From NCBI GenBank assembly GCA_000960865.2, contig JZWU02000012.1, positions 1 to 44,887 of the forward strand: 44,887 nt of DNA, read 5' to 3'. Origin of the DNA: Vulcanisaeta sp. AZ3 (GTDB lineage Archaea; Thermoproteota; Thermoprotei; Thermoproteales; Thermocladiaceae). Below the pieces are notes generated by a model that ran no database searches, was not told the origin of the DNA, and worked only from the letters and a program-made list of their open reading frames with translations. Shown here one piece after another: positions 17,543 through 28,394 of this stretch. Position numbers and translations under genes: made by a program. Every line of letters starts with the position of its first letter. Positions within the stretch are counted from its first letter, which is position 1.

Positions 17543-18850
17543 ATGGTTTCTGAGAAAACTAAGGCCATAATAAGTACTTCCTTAGGTATAGGTTTTGAAT
17601 GGTATGACTTCTTCTTATACGGCTTGCTCGCAACAATCTTGGCTAAGTATTTCTTCCCATCCAAGGTGTTAATACTATCATTATTGTTCGCATACTTAGT
17701 ATTCTTCATAGGATTTCTAGCTAGACCCCTGGGTGGAATAATATTTGGGTACTTGGGTGATAAGTATGGTAGGATATTCCCACTGTACTTCACATTACTA
17801 CTTGCAGGTTTAAGCTCTCTTGTGGTAGCATTAACGCCAACGTATTATCAAATTGGAATCTGGGCACCCATAATCTTAGCTGCGATGAGACTGCTCGATG
17901 GTATAGGCCTTGGTGGAGAGTGGGGTGGGTCATTCTCCCTAACCTCAGAGTACATTTCCATTAATAGGCGAGGCTTTTACTCCGGGATACTCCAGGCCAC
18001 TGTATCAATAGCCAACTTATTGATATCTGGATTAATCATCTTATTTACAGATATTTGGGGTACCAGCGGTTTTGAGAGTATAGGGTGGAGAGTATTATTT
18101 GTGATAGGTTTTCTAGTGGCGATAATAGCTGTGTTTATAAGGCTTAGGATTAGAGAGTCGCCAGTATTTAAGAAGTTGCAGGAAACAGGTAAAATTGAAA
18201 AGAACCCATTAGTAAAGGCTGCCAAGGGTTATTGGCACCTTTTAATTGCTGCATTATTCCTGGTTGGTGTGGTTAATGGTGTGTGGTACTACGTTAATTA
18301 TACCTTATCAATAGGGTATAGCGTAACACTTGCTAAGCAGTTCGGTTATCCATCAATATCCCTAGCCACTGTTAGCTTAGCAATATTGATAGTTTCAATA
18401 ATTGGTATATTCGCATCACCATTATTCGGTTTATTATCCGATAAAATAGGTAGAAGGAACCAGATATTGGCCGACATAGCGTTTGGAATTGTCTTTGCAG
18501 CACCTTACTTCATTATGTTAAGAAGTGGGAATCCATTGTTGATAATCACTGCTATAACACTCTTTGGCTTATTTGTATATTACCTAGCTGGGGCAATCAC
18601 ACCAGCAGTGCTAGTGGAATTGTTCCCACCGCAGGTTAGGTATACTGGAATTTCTCTGGCTTATCAAGTAGGTGTAGGATTCTTGGGTGGAAGTGCACCC
18701 CTATTATTAACGTACTTAATAGGCGTGACTCATAATATAAATGTCCCAATATTTTATGTCATAGGGACTGGGATAATAGCATTAATAATGGCGTTAATAA
18801 TTGGTGAGACTAGAGGCCGGGTTTATGAGGGAGAAGAAATGCTTAAGTGA
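17543..18850 (+). CDS. MFS transporter, metabolite:H+ symporter (ProP/ShiA-like)
   Basis: FEWYDFF, RPLGG..FG.LGDKYGR, GGEWGG, RESPVF, ELFP..VRYTG. Confidence 0.92.
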   Translation: MVSEKTKAIISTSLGIGFEWYDFFLYGLLATILAKYFFPSKVLILSLLFAYLVFFIGFLARPLGGIIFGYLGDKYGRIFPLYFTLLLAGLSSLVVALTPTYYQIGIWAPIILAAMRLLDGIGLGGEWGGSFSLTSEYISINRRGFYSGILQATVSIANLLISGLIILFTDIWGTSGFESIGWRVLFVIGFLVAIIAVFIRLRIRESPVFKKLQETGKIEKNPLVKAAKGYWHLLIAALFLVGVVNGVWYYVNYTLSIGYSVTLAKQFGYPSISLATVSLAILIVSIIGIFASPLFGLLSDKIGRRNQILADIAFGIVFAAPYFIMLRSGNPLLIITAITLFGLFVYYLAGAITPAVLVELFPPQVRYTGISLAYQVGVGFLGGSAPLLLTYLIGVTHNINVPIFYVIGTGIIALIMALIIGETRGRVYEGEEMLK

Positions 18851-18856
18851 AATGAT

Positions 18857-19573
18857 ATGAAATGGATAAAAATAGGGTTGATAATCCCCTCCTCAAATAC
18901 AACTGTGGAGAGAGAATTTAGGTTTAATGAACCTGAAATTACGGTTCATACATCTAGGATATTACTACCAGATGTAACATTAAAATCGCTAGAGATGATG
19001 GAAAGGGAGACCGAGAGGGCTGCCGTGGAGTTAAAGACAGCCAAGGTCGATATAATAGCTTATGCATGTACTACCGGGAGTCTATTCAAGGGTCCCAATC
19101 ATCATGAAATGATAAAGCAAAGGATTGAGAGTAAAACAGGTATTAGTGCGATAGCAACCTCGGGAGCCGTAATTAATGCACTAAGGACGTTAGGTGCCAA
19201 GAGAGTTTTAGTGGTAACGCCGTATATAGAGGAGTTGAATGCTAAGGAGAAACAATTCTTAGAGGCTCATGGATTCGATGTCATAGACATTAAGGGGTTG
19301 GGGATAATTGATAATACAGAAATAGGTTCCCTTGAACCTAAATACAACTATGAATACATAATGAGTGTTGCGAGAAAATACGATAGGGAAAGATACGATG
19401 CATTATTTATCTCATGTACCAACTGGAGAACCTTTGAGATAATAAATCAATTAGAGGAGGAATTGAATAAACCCGTAATTAGTAGTAATAGTGCAACACT
19501 ATGGGAAATAATGAAAACACTCAAGATAACTCCCCCAATAAGACTAGGCAAACTCTTCAAGGAACATCTCTAA
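18857..19573 (+). CDS. Maleate cis-trans isomerase / Asp-Glu-hydantoin racemase superfamily protein
   Basis: GLIIPSSNTTVE, YACTTGS, VTPY, ISCTNW (two catalytic Cys), PVISSN. Confidence 0.88.
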   Translation: MKWIKIGLIIPSSNTTVEREFRFNEPEITVHTSRILLPDVTLKSLEMMERETERAAVELKTAKVDIIAYACTTGSLFKGPNHHEMIKQRIESKTGISAIATSGAVINALRTLGAKRVLVVTPYIEELNAKEKQFLEAHGFDVIDIKGLGIIDNTEIGSLEPKYNYEYIMSVARKYDRERYDALFISCTNWRTFEIINQLEEELNKPVISSNSATLWEIMKTLKITPPIRLGKLFKEHL

Positions 19574-19600
19574 ACAACCCTAATTAAAAACTCAAAGGAT

Positions 19601-20302
19601 TTAATTCAATGCGTAATATAATAGGTAGAACTTCCCGTAATTGTCCACAAAACCCTCAGTTGATAAAGCCACAGCATCCCCATCAACATCCATATACGCA
19701 GCACCAAAGGAAAACCTACCCACATACAAACCACCCCTACCCACACACGGCAACGCCCTCGACAATAACAACTGCGGTGACGCCCTAACGCACGTCCACG
19801 GATCATCAGGTAAACAAGCAAATCCCCCAGTAGACCTCAGGGCCTCCTCAAGAGCTCCCACAGCCTCCTCAGGGCTTAGGCACTTGGTTGGCTTTACCCT
19901 CGTTGGTACCCCGCCATAAACCTCGAGGGCCTCCTTAAAGCCTACTTTATGGACTAGGTTGAGGCTTGGTGTGTTCCACTCAGCTACGAGTAGTGTGACG
20001 ATTTCGGCACCTAACCTCCTCGACTCCTCAATTAGGAATCTAGTCATTGCCTCCCCAATGCCAGTCCTCCTATTCTCAGGCCTGACCCTCATCCCATGGA
20101 GGTAGGCTGCCCTCTCAACAAGGGTTATTGCTGCCACTGCAACTACCTTACCATTCATTAAGGCCACGTAGGCCTTACCCTCCCTAACCCACTCATGAAT
20201 TGCCTTTGGTACATAATCACCCCATTGAAACGTGTTCTGCGTAAATCCTATTATTTCCTCAATATCATTGGGTTGAGCCTTCCTGAATATTAGGTCGTTC
20301 AT
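19601..20302 (-). CDS. GNAT family N-acetyltransferase
   Basis: [22 protein letters not shown] (acetyl-CoA motif A), N.PS..L..KVGF. ATG at 20302. Confidence 0.85.
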   Translation of the reverse strand: MNDLIFRKAQPNDIEEIIGFTQNTFQWGDYVPKAIHEWVREGKAYVALMNGKVVAVAAITLVERAAYLHGMRVRPENRRTGIGEAMTRFLIEESRRLGAEIVTLLVAEWNTPSLNLVHKVGFKEALEVYGGVPTRVKPTKCLSPEEAVGALEEALRSTGGFACLPDDPWTCVRASPQLLLSRALPCVGRGGLYVGRFSFGAAYMDVDGDAVALSTEGFVDNYGKFYLLYYALN

Positions 20303-21854
20303 TTGAGCCCCACCCACCACCGCCTGGTGTCTCTATTATAACCTCATCCCCAGGTTGTAATTCTGTTGTGAATTTGCTTGGCATCTCCTCGACCTCACCA
20401 TTAACCCTCTTAATAATTACTTTGCCGGGTAATCCATCCCTTCCTCCCCATAATCCCCAGGGCCTTGTTTTGAAGCGGTCAGCCATTATTGATAGTCTAG
20501 CTGGGGTCAATACCTTGAGGGCTCTTATTATTCCGTCCCCACCCCTATACTTACCCTCACCGCCACTTCCCTCCCTAATTCTATATATCGTGTACATTAT
20601 TGGGTATGTCCTCTCGGCAACCTCTATTGGTGTGTTTAAGGTATTCGTCATATTCACATGAACCCCACTAACCCCAGCCCTCCCAGGCCTACCACCAGTA
20701 CCCCCACCAATAGTCTCATAATACGCCCAATACTGACCACTAGGTAGTACCCCACCAATCATGACATTCATCATAGTACCAGAACCAGCCGCAGGGACTT
20801 TATCAGGTAATGCCTTAGCCAACGCCATAAACACAACATCAGCCACCCTCTGCGTAGTCTCCACATTACCCCCACCCACAGCGGCCGGCCTTATGGGATT
20901 AACAATAGTCCCTGGTGGTGCCTCCACAGTTATTGCACTGTAGAATCCCTCATTGGTCGGTATATCCCCACCAACCAACGCTCTCACTACGAAGGATACT
21001 GCGGAGAAGGTTACGCCATAGACCGCATTTATCGGTCCCTCAACCTGCCTATCAGTACCCGTGAAATCCGCCTTAACACCCTCATCACTCACCTCTACCC
21101 TAACCCTAATTCTCACAAGCCCATTACCAAGCTCTAGGTAATCCTCAGCCTCATAACTCCCCCGAGGCCATCTTGAAATCTCGTCTAGGGTTAATTTCCT
21201 GCCGTAATTTATAGCCTCATTCCACGCCTTAACAACCTCATCAACACCATACTTATCCACAAGCTCCACAACCCTCCTTACTCCCACGATATTTGCAGCT
21301 AATTGGGCATGTAAATCGCCTAGGGCGGTTTCTGGTGTTTTGAAGTTGGCGAGTATAACGCTCATGAGTTCTTTATCCACATTACCGCCCTTCATGATCT
21401 TCACGGGTGGTATCACCACACCCTCCTCGTAGATGGTCTTAGCACTTGGATTCAAACTACCAGGTACTGGGCCACCAACATCCACATTATGCGCCTTATT
21501 AACCACATAACCAATCAACTTACCGCTATAGTATATTGGTTGCATCACCATAACATCATTCAAGTGCGTTCCTGATATGTATGGATCATTAGTCAGCAGC
21601 GCATCCCCATCATTAAGCACAACACCCTCCCTCCCCATCCACTCCAACAAATTCCTAACCCCAACCCTAAAACTACCCAGGTGCACTGGTATATGCTCAG
21701 CCTGAGCCACTAACCTACCCTCAGCATCCACTATTGCACAACTATGATCCATCCTCTCCCTAATGTTAGGCGAGAAGGCAGATCTCCTTAACGCAACCCC
21801 CATCTCCTCAGCAATAAATACAGAAGCCCTATGAATTAACTCCCAAGAGACCAT
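20265..21854 (-). CDS. hyuB: Hydantoinase B / 5-oxoprolinase subunit
   Basis: [52 protein letters not shown]. Confidence 0.93.
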   Translation of the reverse strand: MVSWELIHRASVFIAEEMGVALRRSAFSPNIRERMDHSCAIVDAEGRLVAQAEHIPVHLGSFRVGVRNLLEWMGREGVVLNDGDALLTNDPYISGTHLNDVMVMQPIYYSGKLIGYVVNKAHNVDVGGPVPGSLNPSAKTIYEEGVVIPPVKIMKGGNVDKELMSVILANFKTPETALGDLHAQLAANIVGVRRVVELVDKYGVDEVVKAWNEAINYGRKLTLDEISRWPRGSYEAEDYLELGNGLVRIRVRVEVSDEGVKADFTGTDRQVEGPINAVYGVTFSAVSFVVRALVGGDIPTNEGFYSAITVEAPPGTIVNPIRPAAVGGGNVETTQRVADVVFMALAKALPDKVPAAGSGTMMNVMIGGVLPSGQYWAYYETIGGGTGGRPGRAGVSGVHVNMTNTLNTPIEVAERTYPIMYTIYRIREGSGGEGKYRGGDGIIRALKVLTPARLSIMADRFKTRPWGLWGGRDGLPGKVIIKRVNGEVEEMPSKFTTELQPGDEVIIETPGGGGWGSNERPNIQEGSTQ

Positions 21855-21858
21855 GCAA

Positions 21859-23862
21859 TCACCCCCTTGTCAGTATTAAATTCCCATACTTATCCATTGA
21901 AATAGTCCACCTGGGTGGGACTACTGTGGTTGATGCGTATTCTTCAATGATTAATGGGCCCTCAGCCTTAAAGCATGGGTCTAAGTCGTGCCTATCATAA
22001 ATGGGGGTTTCAACCCAATCATCAAAGAATACCCTCCTATACGACTTGGGTTTATAATTACCCGAGCACCTATTAATTGCGTTAGGCTTGTACTTGCGTC
22101 TAGGTATTACGGCAAAGACTCTAATGGTAACAACCTCCACAGGCCTATCTAACTTAAACCCATAGGCTAGCAGATGCTTCTCCTCAAAAGCCCTCCTAAC
22201 GGTCTCGGCGTTGAGGGGTTTTGGCACTTGAACTGTTAACTCCCAACCCTGCCCGGCATACCTAGCATCCACATACCTAACAAAGTATGCATTCGGAAAC
22301 TTCCTAGTTAACTCATTCTCAACATCCTCAAACCTCTCCTCAAGCTTATCAGTGAGGGGTTCTAGGACTGTTCTCCTAGTCTCAAATTTGAGGTCGGCCA
22401 TTAGAAGGCCGAGGGCTGAGAATAGGCCGGGCTCCACGGGAACCACAACCCTCCTTATCCCAAGTTCATCCGCAATGCCGGCCACGAATTGTGGCCCAGC
22501 GCCGCCGAAGGCGAATAGTGTGAATTCCTGGGGGTCTAGGCCTCGTTCTATTGTGACTAGTCTAATGGCTCTTGCCATTTCGAGGGTTGCGAGCTTAATG
22601 GCGTTTAGAGCTACGTCGATGGGATCTCCGAGTTTTGCTAAGCCCTTAATGGCTCCGTCTATGTCAAGCTTCATAGAGCCTCCGAGTAGGTATTCGCCTA
22701 ATCTGCCTAGGGCTGTGTTGGCGTCTGTTAGGGTGGGTTCCTTACCACCCCTACCATAGCATATCGGTCCAGGATCTGCGCCTGCGCTTATTGGACCGAC
22801 TCTTAGGGCTCCTGCTTCATCTCGCCAGATGATGGTTCCGCCGCCGGCTGAGACTTCGGCTAGGTCTATGAATGGGTATCTGATTGGGTAGCCACTGCCT
22901 TTTATGACTCTGCCGTGGTGTACTTCTCCGCCTACTTCGTATTCTGTGGTTATTTCTGGTTCGTAGTTGATTACTGTGCCTGCCTTGGCTGTGGTTCCGC
23001 CCATATCGAAACTAATCACCTTATCAATACCCAAAACCCTAGCTAATTCTGCAGAGGCTACGACACCAGCTGCTGGTCCTGACTCAATTAACTGCATAGG
23101 CCTGGTGATAGCCTCCTCAGGGTTGATTAGGCCGCCGGAGCTGGCCATTATGTAGAAGTTGGCTTTTTCGTATGTTGAAAGCCATTCCTTGAGGGTATCG
23201 ATGTATTTGCTGACTATGGGCATTTCTACGGCATTAATTACTGTGGTTGATGTTCTCTCGTACTCCCTAGGCTCGGGGGCTACCTCATAGGAAATAGACA
23301 CGTACCTAAAGTACTTCCTTAAAACCTCCTTGGCCTTTAATTCATGGGTTGGGTTTATGTATGAGTGGAGGAGGGCTACTGCTACGGAGATTACGCCCTT
23401 ATCCTTAGCCTCTCTGGCGAGCTTCTCGACTTCATCAGTATTTAGGTCCTCAATGATCTTGCCCCAGGCGTCTATTCTCTCGCTAACTTCAAATCTGAGG
23501 TCTCTGGGAACGAGGGGTTTGGGTTTCTCGAAGAAGATGTCGTAGAGTCTAGGTCTATTTTGTCTGCCTATTTCGATGATGTCTCTAAAGCCCTTGGTGG
23601 TGAATAGGGCTGTTTTTGGGATTTCTAGATTTACTTGGCCGAGGAGTAGGTTTGTACCTATGGTGGTTGCGTGAATAATGACTGAAATATCACTAGGCCT
23701 AATGCCAAACTTGGTTAAGGCCTTGTTGAGTCCCTCGATGAATCCTCTCTCGGGTTCTTTGGGTGTGCTTAGGACCTTGTATGTGAGTATTTCGCCGTTC
23801 TCCTCATTGAGTATTACGAAGTCTGTGAATGTGCCGCCAACATCAACAGCTACGGAATACAC
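21859..23862 (-). CDS. hyuA: Hydantoinase A / 5-oxoprolinase ATP-binding subunit
   Basis: [52 protein letters not shown]. Confidence 0.93.
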   Translation of the reverse strand: MYSVAVDVGGTFTDFVILNEENGEILTYKVLSTPKEPERGFIEGLNKALTKFGIRPSDISVIIHATTIGTNLLLGQVNLEIPKTALFTTKGFRDIIEIGRQNRPRLYDIFFEKPKPLVPRDLRFEVSERIDAWGKIIEDLNTDEVEKLAREAKDKGVISVAVALLHSYINPTHELKAKEVLRKYFRYVSISYEVAPEPREYERTSTTVINAVEMPIVSKYIDTLKEWLSTYEKANFYIMASSGGLINPEEAITRPMQLIESGPAAGVVASAELARVLGIDKVISFDMGGTTAKAGTVINYEPEITTEYEVGGEVHHGRVIKGSGYPIRYPFIDLAEVSAGGGTIIWRDEAGALRVGPISAGADPGPICYGRGGKEPTLTDANTALGRLGEYLLGGSMKLDIDGAIKGLAKLGDPIDVALNAIKLATLEMARAIRLVTIERGLDPQEFTLFAFGGAGPQFVAGIADELGIRRVVVPVEPGLFSALGLLMADLKFETRRTVLEPLTDKLEERFEDVENELTRKFPNAYFVRYVDARYAGQGWELTVQVPKPLNAETVRRAFEEKHLLAYGFKLDRPVEVVTIRVFAVIPRRKYKPNAINRCSGNYKPKSYRRVFFDDWVETPIYDRHDLDPCFKAEGPLIIEEYASTTVVPPRWTISMDKYGNLILTRG

Positions 23863-23913
23863 GACTCATGCTTAATGCCCATATTTATAAATAATAAAGG
23901 CCCATTAATTAGC

Positions 23914-25119
23914 TTATTCCATAATTGTTACTCCACCGTGTAATGGCTTTGGGTTTGGGAAGTACTTTTTGTATAGGAATATATTCATTATATTAATTAG
24001 GAAGGCTATTGCGAAGGGCACGGGTATGGGTAAGTAATCAAGCATTACTCCAGCGGAGGTTGTGGCTACGGCGGAGGGCAATAAACGTGAGGCTTGATTA
24101 GTGCCAGAGGCTGTGGATCTACTTCTCCTACCTACGAGTTCCATCATTAGGGCTTGTTGTGGTGTTAGTGAGGATACTCTAAACATTACGTAAGTCATGT
24201 ACGTAGTCACGGCGATTGGAAGTGTTACTGAGAATGGTATTAGTATTAGGGCTATGGTAGATATGATCCTGAGTACTATAATTGCATCCCTCAAGCCGAA
24301 GATTCTAGAGAACCAGGGCGCCATTAAGGAGGCTAGGGCTGCTGCAATTCCGCCTATGAAGAATATATCACCGACAATACCGTTCGGCACATGAAGTACT
24401 TCTCTAAATATTATTGGTAGGAATGATGTGATTAAGCCCTGCGCTGTGCCATTAAAGGCGCCGACTATTGCAAATCTCTTAATGTATGTCACGCTGTCCT
24501 TCAATGAGGTCTTTACCATGGTGTTTCCATTTGGGTCTGGTTTGTCTTTCTTCTCGTCTCTTATTGGTGCGACTATTATGAAGCTTGCGGCGGATAGAGC
24601 TAGGGCTATTATGAAGGCTTCCCTATAGTTTAGGTTTGCAAATAATGCGCCTATTGCTGAGGATAAACCAGACACAAAATTAAATACTGCATAAACCACT
24701 GACCTATCCATACCCTCAGTCTTATCCGCAAGGATGGCGGTCTGTACAGGCGCGGCCACGGCACCAACACTACCACTAGCCAAAGCCCCAGCAGTACCAA
24801 AACCCCCAAGGGCGGCTGCTAATAGGAGTAGTGGGTAGTACTTAGTGATAAGTAGGATTGCGGTTGCTGCAGGCATGAAGGCGAGCGTGAGTAATAACAT
24901 GACCTTCCTACTGTACTTATCACCCAACCTACCAAAGATTAGTGAGAGTAGGGGTGCGGTGAAGGCACCAACACCAAAGAAGATACCAACCTCGGTGAGG
25001 GATAGGTGTAGGTAGTAGTATAGGTATAGGCCTGTGACAACACCAAGGGCACCACCAGCAACACTCCTAACACCCCTAGAGGCTAGTAAAAGCCAAATAT
25101 CCCTGTCCCAATTTGGCAC
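23914..25119 (-). CDS. MFS transporter
   Basis: About 12 TM helices; G.LGDKYSRK motif A. Start probably GTG 25119. Confidence 0.85.
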   Translation of the reverse strand: MPNWDRDIWLLLASRGVRSVAGGALGVVTGLYLYYYLHLSLTEVGIFFGVGAFTAPLLSLIFGRLGDKYSRKVMLLLTLAFMPAATAILLITKYYPLLLLAAALGGFGTAGALASGSVGAVAAPVQTAILADKTEGMDRSVVYAVFNFVSGLSSAIGALFANLNYREAFIIALALSAASFIIVAPIRDEKKDKPDPNGNTMVKTSLKDSVTYIKRFAIVGAFNGTAQGLITSFLPIIFREVLHVPNGIVGDIFFIGGIAAALASLMAPWFSRIFGLRDAIIVLRIISTIALILIPFSVTLPIAVTTYMTYVMFRVSSLTPQQALMMELVGRRSRSTASGTNQASRLLPSAVATTSAGVMLDYLPIPVPFAIAFLINIMNIFLYKKYFPNPKPLHGGVTIME

Positions 25120-25158
25120 AACCGATATCAATAACAACAGCTTAAAAACCAAACCCGA

Positions 25159-25896
25159 CTACCTAACCTTAACGATGGGTAACTTCCCACTCTTCAAATC
25201 ACTCAGTAATTGGGCAAGCTCATTAATTGCAGCCTCTAGGATTGCCTTACCCTTCTCCTGACTTGCCCTGGATGGGTAGCCCTCAACAGCCTTTGTGTAC
25301 TCCATGCCGTAGACCTCCTTCCCATAAACCCTAAACCTAAGCTCAACCCACTCATCAGCAGAGCCATCCCTAGGTATCCACTTAACTAAATCGGGGTAGG
25401 CAGCCCAAACCTCACTAGTCTCATCCTCAGCGGCATGACCCTCGGGAGTTTCAAGGACTCTCTTCCTAGCATCCTTGGCTAGGTCAATCCACCAATTAAC
25501 AATGATGATCGTGAGGTTCGTCTCTCTGGCTATATCCTTAGCTGCCATGCTTAGGGCATCGATGTTGCCACCATGCCCATTAACAACCACGAGGTACTTA
25601 ACACCATTCCTAGCAACCTCCCTAAAAATATCCCTATAGAGATGAAATAAAGTCTCATTACTAATAGAAATAGTCCCAGGAAACCTATCCAACACGTAGG
25701 TATTACCATACCAAACAGTCGGCAAAACAAGCACGCCAACCCTCTTAGCAGCCTCCTCAGCCAAGTAAGTAGCCATTAAGGCATCAGTGCCTAGAGGTAG
25801 GTGGGGACCGTGAGCCTCCACAATCCCAGTGGGCAGAACAGCCACAGTCTTATCAACCTTCTCAAAGTCAGGCCAGGTTAACTCCCACCAGTGCAT
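25159..25896 (-). CDS. Creatininase family amidohydrolase
   Basis: EAHGPHLPLGTD, NGHGGN and HAAEDETS metal-binding motifs. ATG at 25896. Confidence 0.92.
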   Translation of the reverse strand: MHWWELTWPDFEKVDKTVAVLPTGIVEAHGPHLPLGTDALMATYLAEEAAKRVGVLVLPTVWYGNTYVLDRFPGTISISNETLFHLYRDIFREVARNGVKYLVVVNGHGGNIDALSMAAKDIARETNLTIIIVNWWIDLAKDARKRVLETPEGHAAEDETSEVWAAYPDLVKWIPRDGSADEWVELRFRVYGKEVYGMEYTKAVEGYPSRASQEKGKAILEAAINELAQLLSDLKSGKLPIVKVR

Positions 25897-25947
25897 CAAA
25901 ATAATGCGCAAAAACAAAAATAAAACAATTACCTCTATAAAAACACA

Positions 25948-26400
25948 ATGATACTACTAGCACAACACGGAAAATCATACGCAGAAACAGAAGACCCAGA
26001 AAGAAAACTCACACCAGAAGGCATCACAGAGACCGAGAGAGTAGCAAAATACCTAGCCACAATCGGCATTAAGCCTAAGGAAATAATCCACAGTGGGAAA
26101 ACAAGAGCAAGGCAAACCGCAGAAATATTCGCAAAACATCTCAACAGCCCAATAAGACAGGGAGAAAACCTAAACCCAAATGACGACCCAACACCCTGGG
26201 CACAAAAACTCAACACCCTCGACAACATCATGATCATAGGCCACCTACCACACCTATCCCGATTAACCGCCCTACTACTCACGGGAGATCTCAATAGGGA
26301 GGTTGTGAAATTCCGCTACTCAGCGGTCCTGGCATTAACGAGGGAGCAGGACAGGTGGGTGATTGCGTGGTACATAACACCAGACATAGTACCCACATAA
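25948..26400 (+). CDS. sixA: Phosphohistidine phosphatase SixA-like
   Basis: QHG (RHG variant), R.LT.EG, HS.KTRARQTA, IGHLPHL. Confidence 0.85.
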   Translation: MILLAQHGKSYAETEDPERKLTPEGITETERVAKYLATIGIKPKEIIHSGKTRARQTAEIFAKHLNSPIRQGENLNPNDDPTPWAQKLNTLDNIMIIGHLPHLSRLTALLLTGDLNREVVKFRYSAVLALTREQDRWVIAWYITPDIVPT

Positions 26401-26689
26401 CAAGAACCACATAATGGTGATGAAGTATCTAATAGGTCTATGAGTTCATTAGGATTCGGAGGTGCCAAGGTTATCGTAGTATTAGAAACTACGGTAACCG
26501 TTGGAGTAATCTGAGAGTAATTGCTGAGGGGTGTGTTGGTCTTAAGTAATGATTATTATGTGCACTAATCCTAAAGTACTATGTTGAGGTTCTCCGTAAA
26601 ACCATGCATGAGAGTGACCTCGCGTTATAACGTGGGTTACATTACGAAAAACTAAAAAACTAGATAGTGATAGGGTCTTTTGAGGGGAA

Positions 26690-26763
26690 GCCCCGGTAGC
26701 TCAGCCTGGGAGAGCGACCGGCTGAAGACCGGTAGGTCCCGGGTTCAAGTCCCGGCCGGGGCA
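26690..26763 (+). tRNA. tRNA-Phe (GAA), intronless, CCA not encoded
   Basis: Acceptor GCCCCGG/CCGGGGC, anticodon arm ACCGG-CTGAAGA-CCGGT (GAA 26724-26726), T arm CCGGG-TTCAAGT-CCCGG, discriminator A followed by CTA. Confidence 0.97.
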
Positions 26764-27506
26764 CTAGTGTTTGTCATGTTCCTTAATTCGTTTAGTATTG
26801 GTATTTCTTTGAGTAGGTCGTTGGTTATGTATTTCCAGTAGATTCCCTTTGGTTTTTCGTCGATTCTTTTTACTCTTATGGTTCTGGTTTGGGTTATGAT
26901 TATGTCGACTGGTAGGTCGAATGGTTCTTTTGGTATTTCGTCGGTGATTAGTTGTAGTTCGTGTACTGTGGTTATGACTGGTGTTTCTTCGTTGACCTTG
27001 TTTAGCGTTCTCATTATTCCCCATTCTAGTTCTGCGTAACCGTGGCTTTTGCCGAGTCTTCTGCCGTTGTTTGGGTTTACTGCTACTGAGCCTATGATTA
27101 CTAGGTCAATCTTTGGGGCATTCCAGGGTTTTATTGGTGTGCCCCATTTCATGGCTCCTCCTATCGTGGATGCCTCCCTGTAGTATTGCTCTGGTATTTT
27201 TGTTGGATCGAGGAGTAGGAAGCCCTCTTTAATTCTTGGTGTTGGCATGATTAGTAATTTGCCGCTTCTTAGAGTTAATTCTCTGCATTTGCGTTGTGGT
27301 GAGTCTGGGTTTATCTTGATAGTGCTGGCTTTGCGGAATTCAGGTAGTGATGCTGCTAATTCACAGGCTTTTTCTGAGCCTATGAAGTTGGGTATTCTCC
27401 CGTACACTGGTCTTGGGAATGCGGCTACGTTTCTTTCCTCAAGTAATTTCCAAATCCTCTCTCTAATGCTTTGTTTAATCCTCATTACCTCGGTGTCCCT
27501 AATCAT
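26745..27506 (-). CDS. 5-formyltetrahydrofolate cyclo-ligase paralog (COG0212/MTHFSD-type)
   Basis: FPRPVYGRIPNF.G, NPDSPQ, PTPRI, GSVAV, G.RLGK.HGYAELE, TTVHELQ, DLPVDII.T. Confidence 0.9.
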   Translation of the reverse strand: MIRDTEVMRIKQSIRERIWKLLEERNVAAFPRPVYGRIPNFIGSEKACELAASLPEFRKASTIKINPDSPQRKCRELTLRSGKLLIMPTPRIKEGFLLLDPTKIPEQYYREASTIGGAMKWGTPIKPWNAPKIDLVIIGSVAVNPNNGRRLGKSHGYAELEWGIMRTLNKVNEETPVITTVHELQLITDEIPKEPFDLPVDIIITQTRTIRVKRIDEKPKGIYWKYITNDLLKEIPILNELRNMTNTSAPAGT

Positions 27507-27575
27507 TAATACTCATGATTACTAATGGCCTATACTAAATAAAGTAAATCCCATGTTTTGCAGGATTGAATGTTA

Positions 27576-28391
27576 TCACTGTTTATCCTGAGAAGCCCTA
27601 GACCTGCTCGTGAACCACTTATCAATGTAGTACCTGACTAGGGGGTATAGTGTTCTCATGAGTGGGTGTGCTATGGAGTATAGTGTGCTTGGTGTGATGT
27701 TGCCGTTGAAGTTTGGGTCCTCAATCTTCTTAACTATGGCTTTAGCTACGTAATTGGGGTTTAGTAGTGGGCCTTTGGGTTCTTCCCTGGCCTTGGCTGT
27801 GGTTTTTGTGACTATGGTGTTGTTGTGGAAGTTTGTCTTGACATAGCCTGGGTAGACTCCGATGACTCTGATGCCGAGGGCTTTTAATTCAATTCTTAGG
27901 GAGTCTGTGAGGTTTGCTAGGGCTGCTTTGCTTGATGTGTATATTTCGAACCAGGGTATTGGTGTGAAGGCGGCTAGGCTGATGATGTTTACTACGCAGC
28001 CTCTATTCTTTATTAAATCCTGTATGAATCCTTTCGTGAGTAGTATTGGTGTTATGTAGTTTAGGCTTATGATTCTTATTATGTCTTCGTTGTTTAGCTC
28101 ATTGAGTGGCCCGTAGATTCCGGCGCCTGCGTTATTGATTAGGACGTTAATCTCAACTCCTAAACCCTTGACTCTCTCAATTAACTCATTAATACGACTT
28201 AGATCGGATAGGTCGTGATCCACAGTCCAAACCCTAACGTTATTCTTAGTCCTTAATTCCTCGGCCAATTCCTCTAATGCGTCTTTTTTCCTGGCTATGA
28301 GGATTAAGTCGTAGGATTTTGCGGCTAGTTCCTTGGCTAGTTCTCGGCCGATGCCTGAGGAGGCTCCGGTGATTAGGGCGACCTTGCCCAT
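27576..28391 (-). CDS. Short-chain dehydrogenase/reductase
   Basis: TGASSGIG, NNAG, YTSSK, PGYVKT. Confidence 0.93.
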   Translation of the reverse strand: MGKVALITGASSGIGRELAKELAAKSYDLILIARKKDALEELAEELRTKNNVRVWTVDHDLSDLSRINELIERVKGLGVEINVLINNAGAGIYGPLNELNNEDIIRIISLNYITPILLTKGFIQDLIKNRGCVVNIISLAAFTPIPWFEIYTSSKAALANLTDSLRIELKALGIRVIGVYPGYVKTNFHNNTIVTKTTAKAREEPKGPLLNPNYVAKAIVKKIEDPNFNGNITPSTLYSIAHPLMRTLYPLVRYYIDKWFTSRSRASQDKQ

Positions 28392-28394
28392 CGT

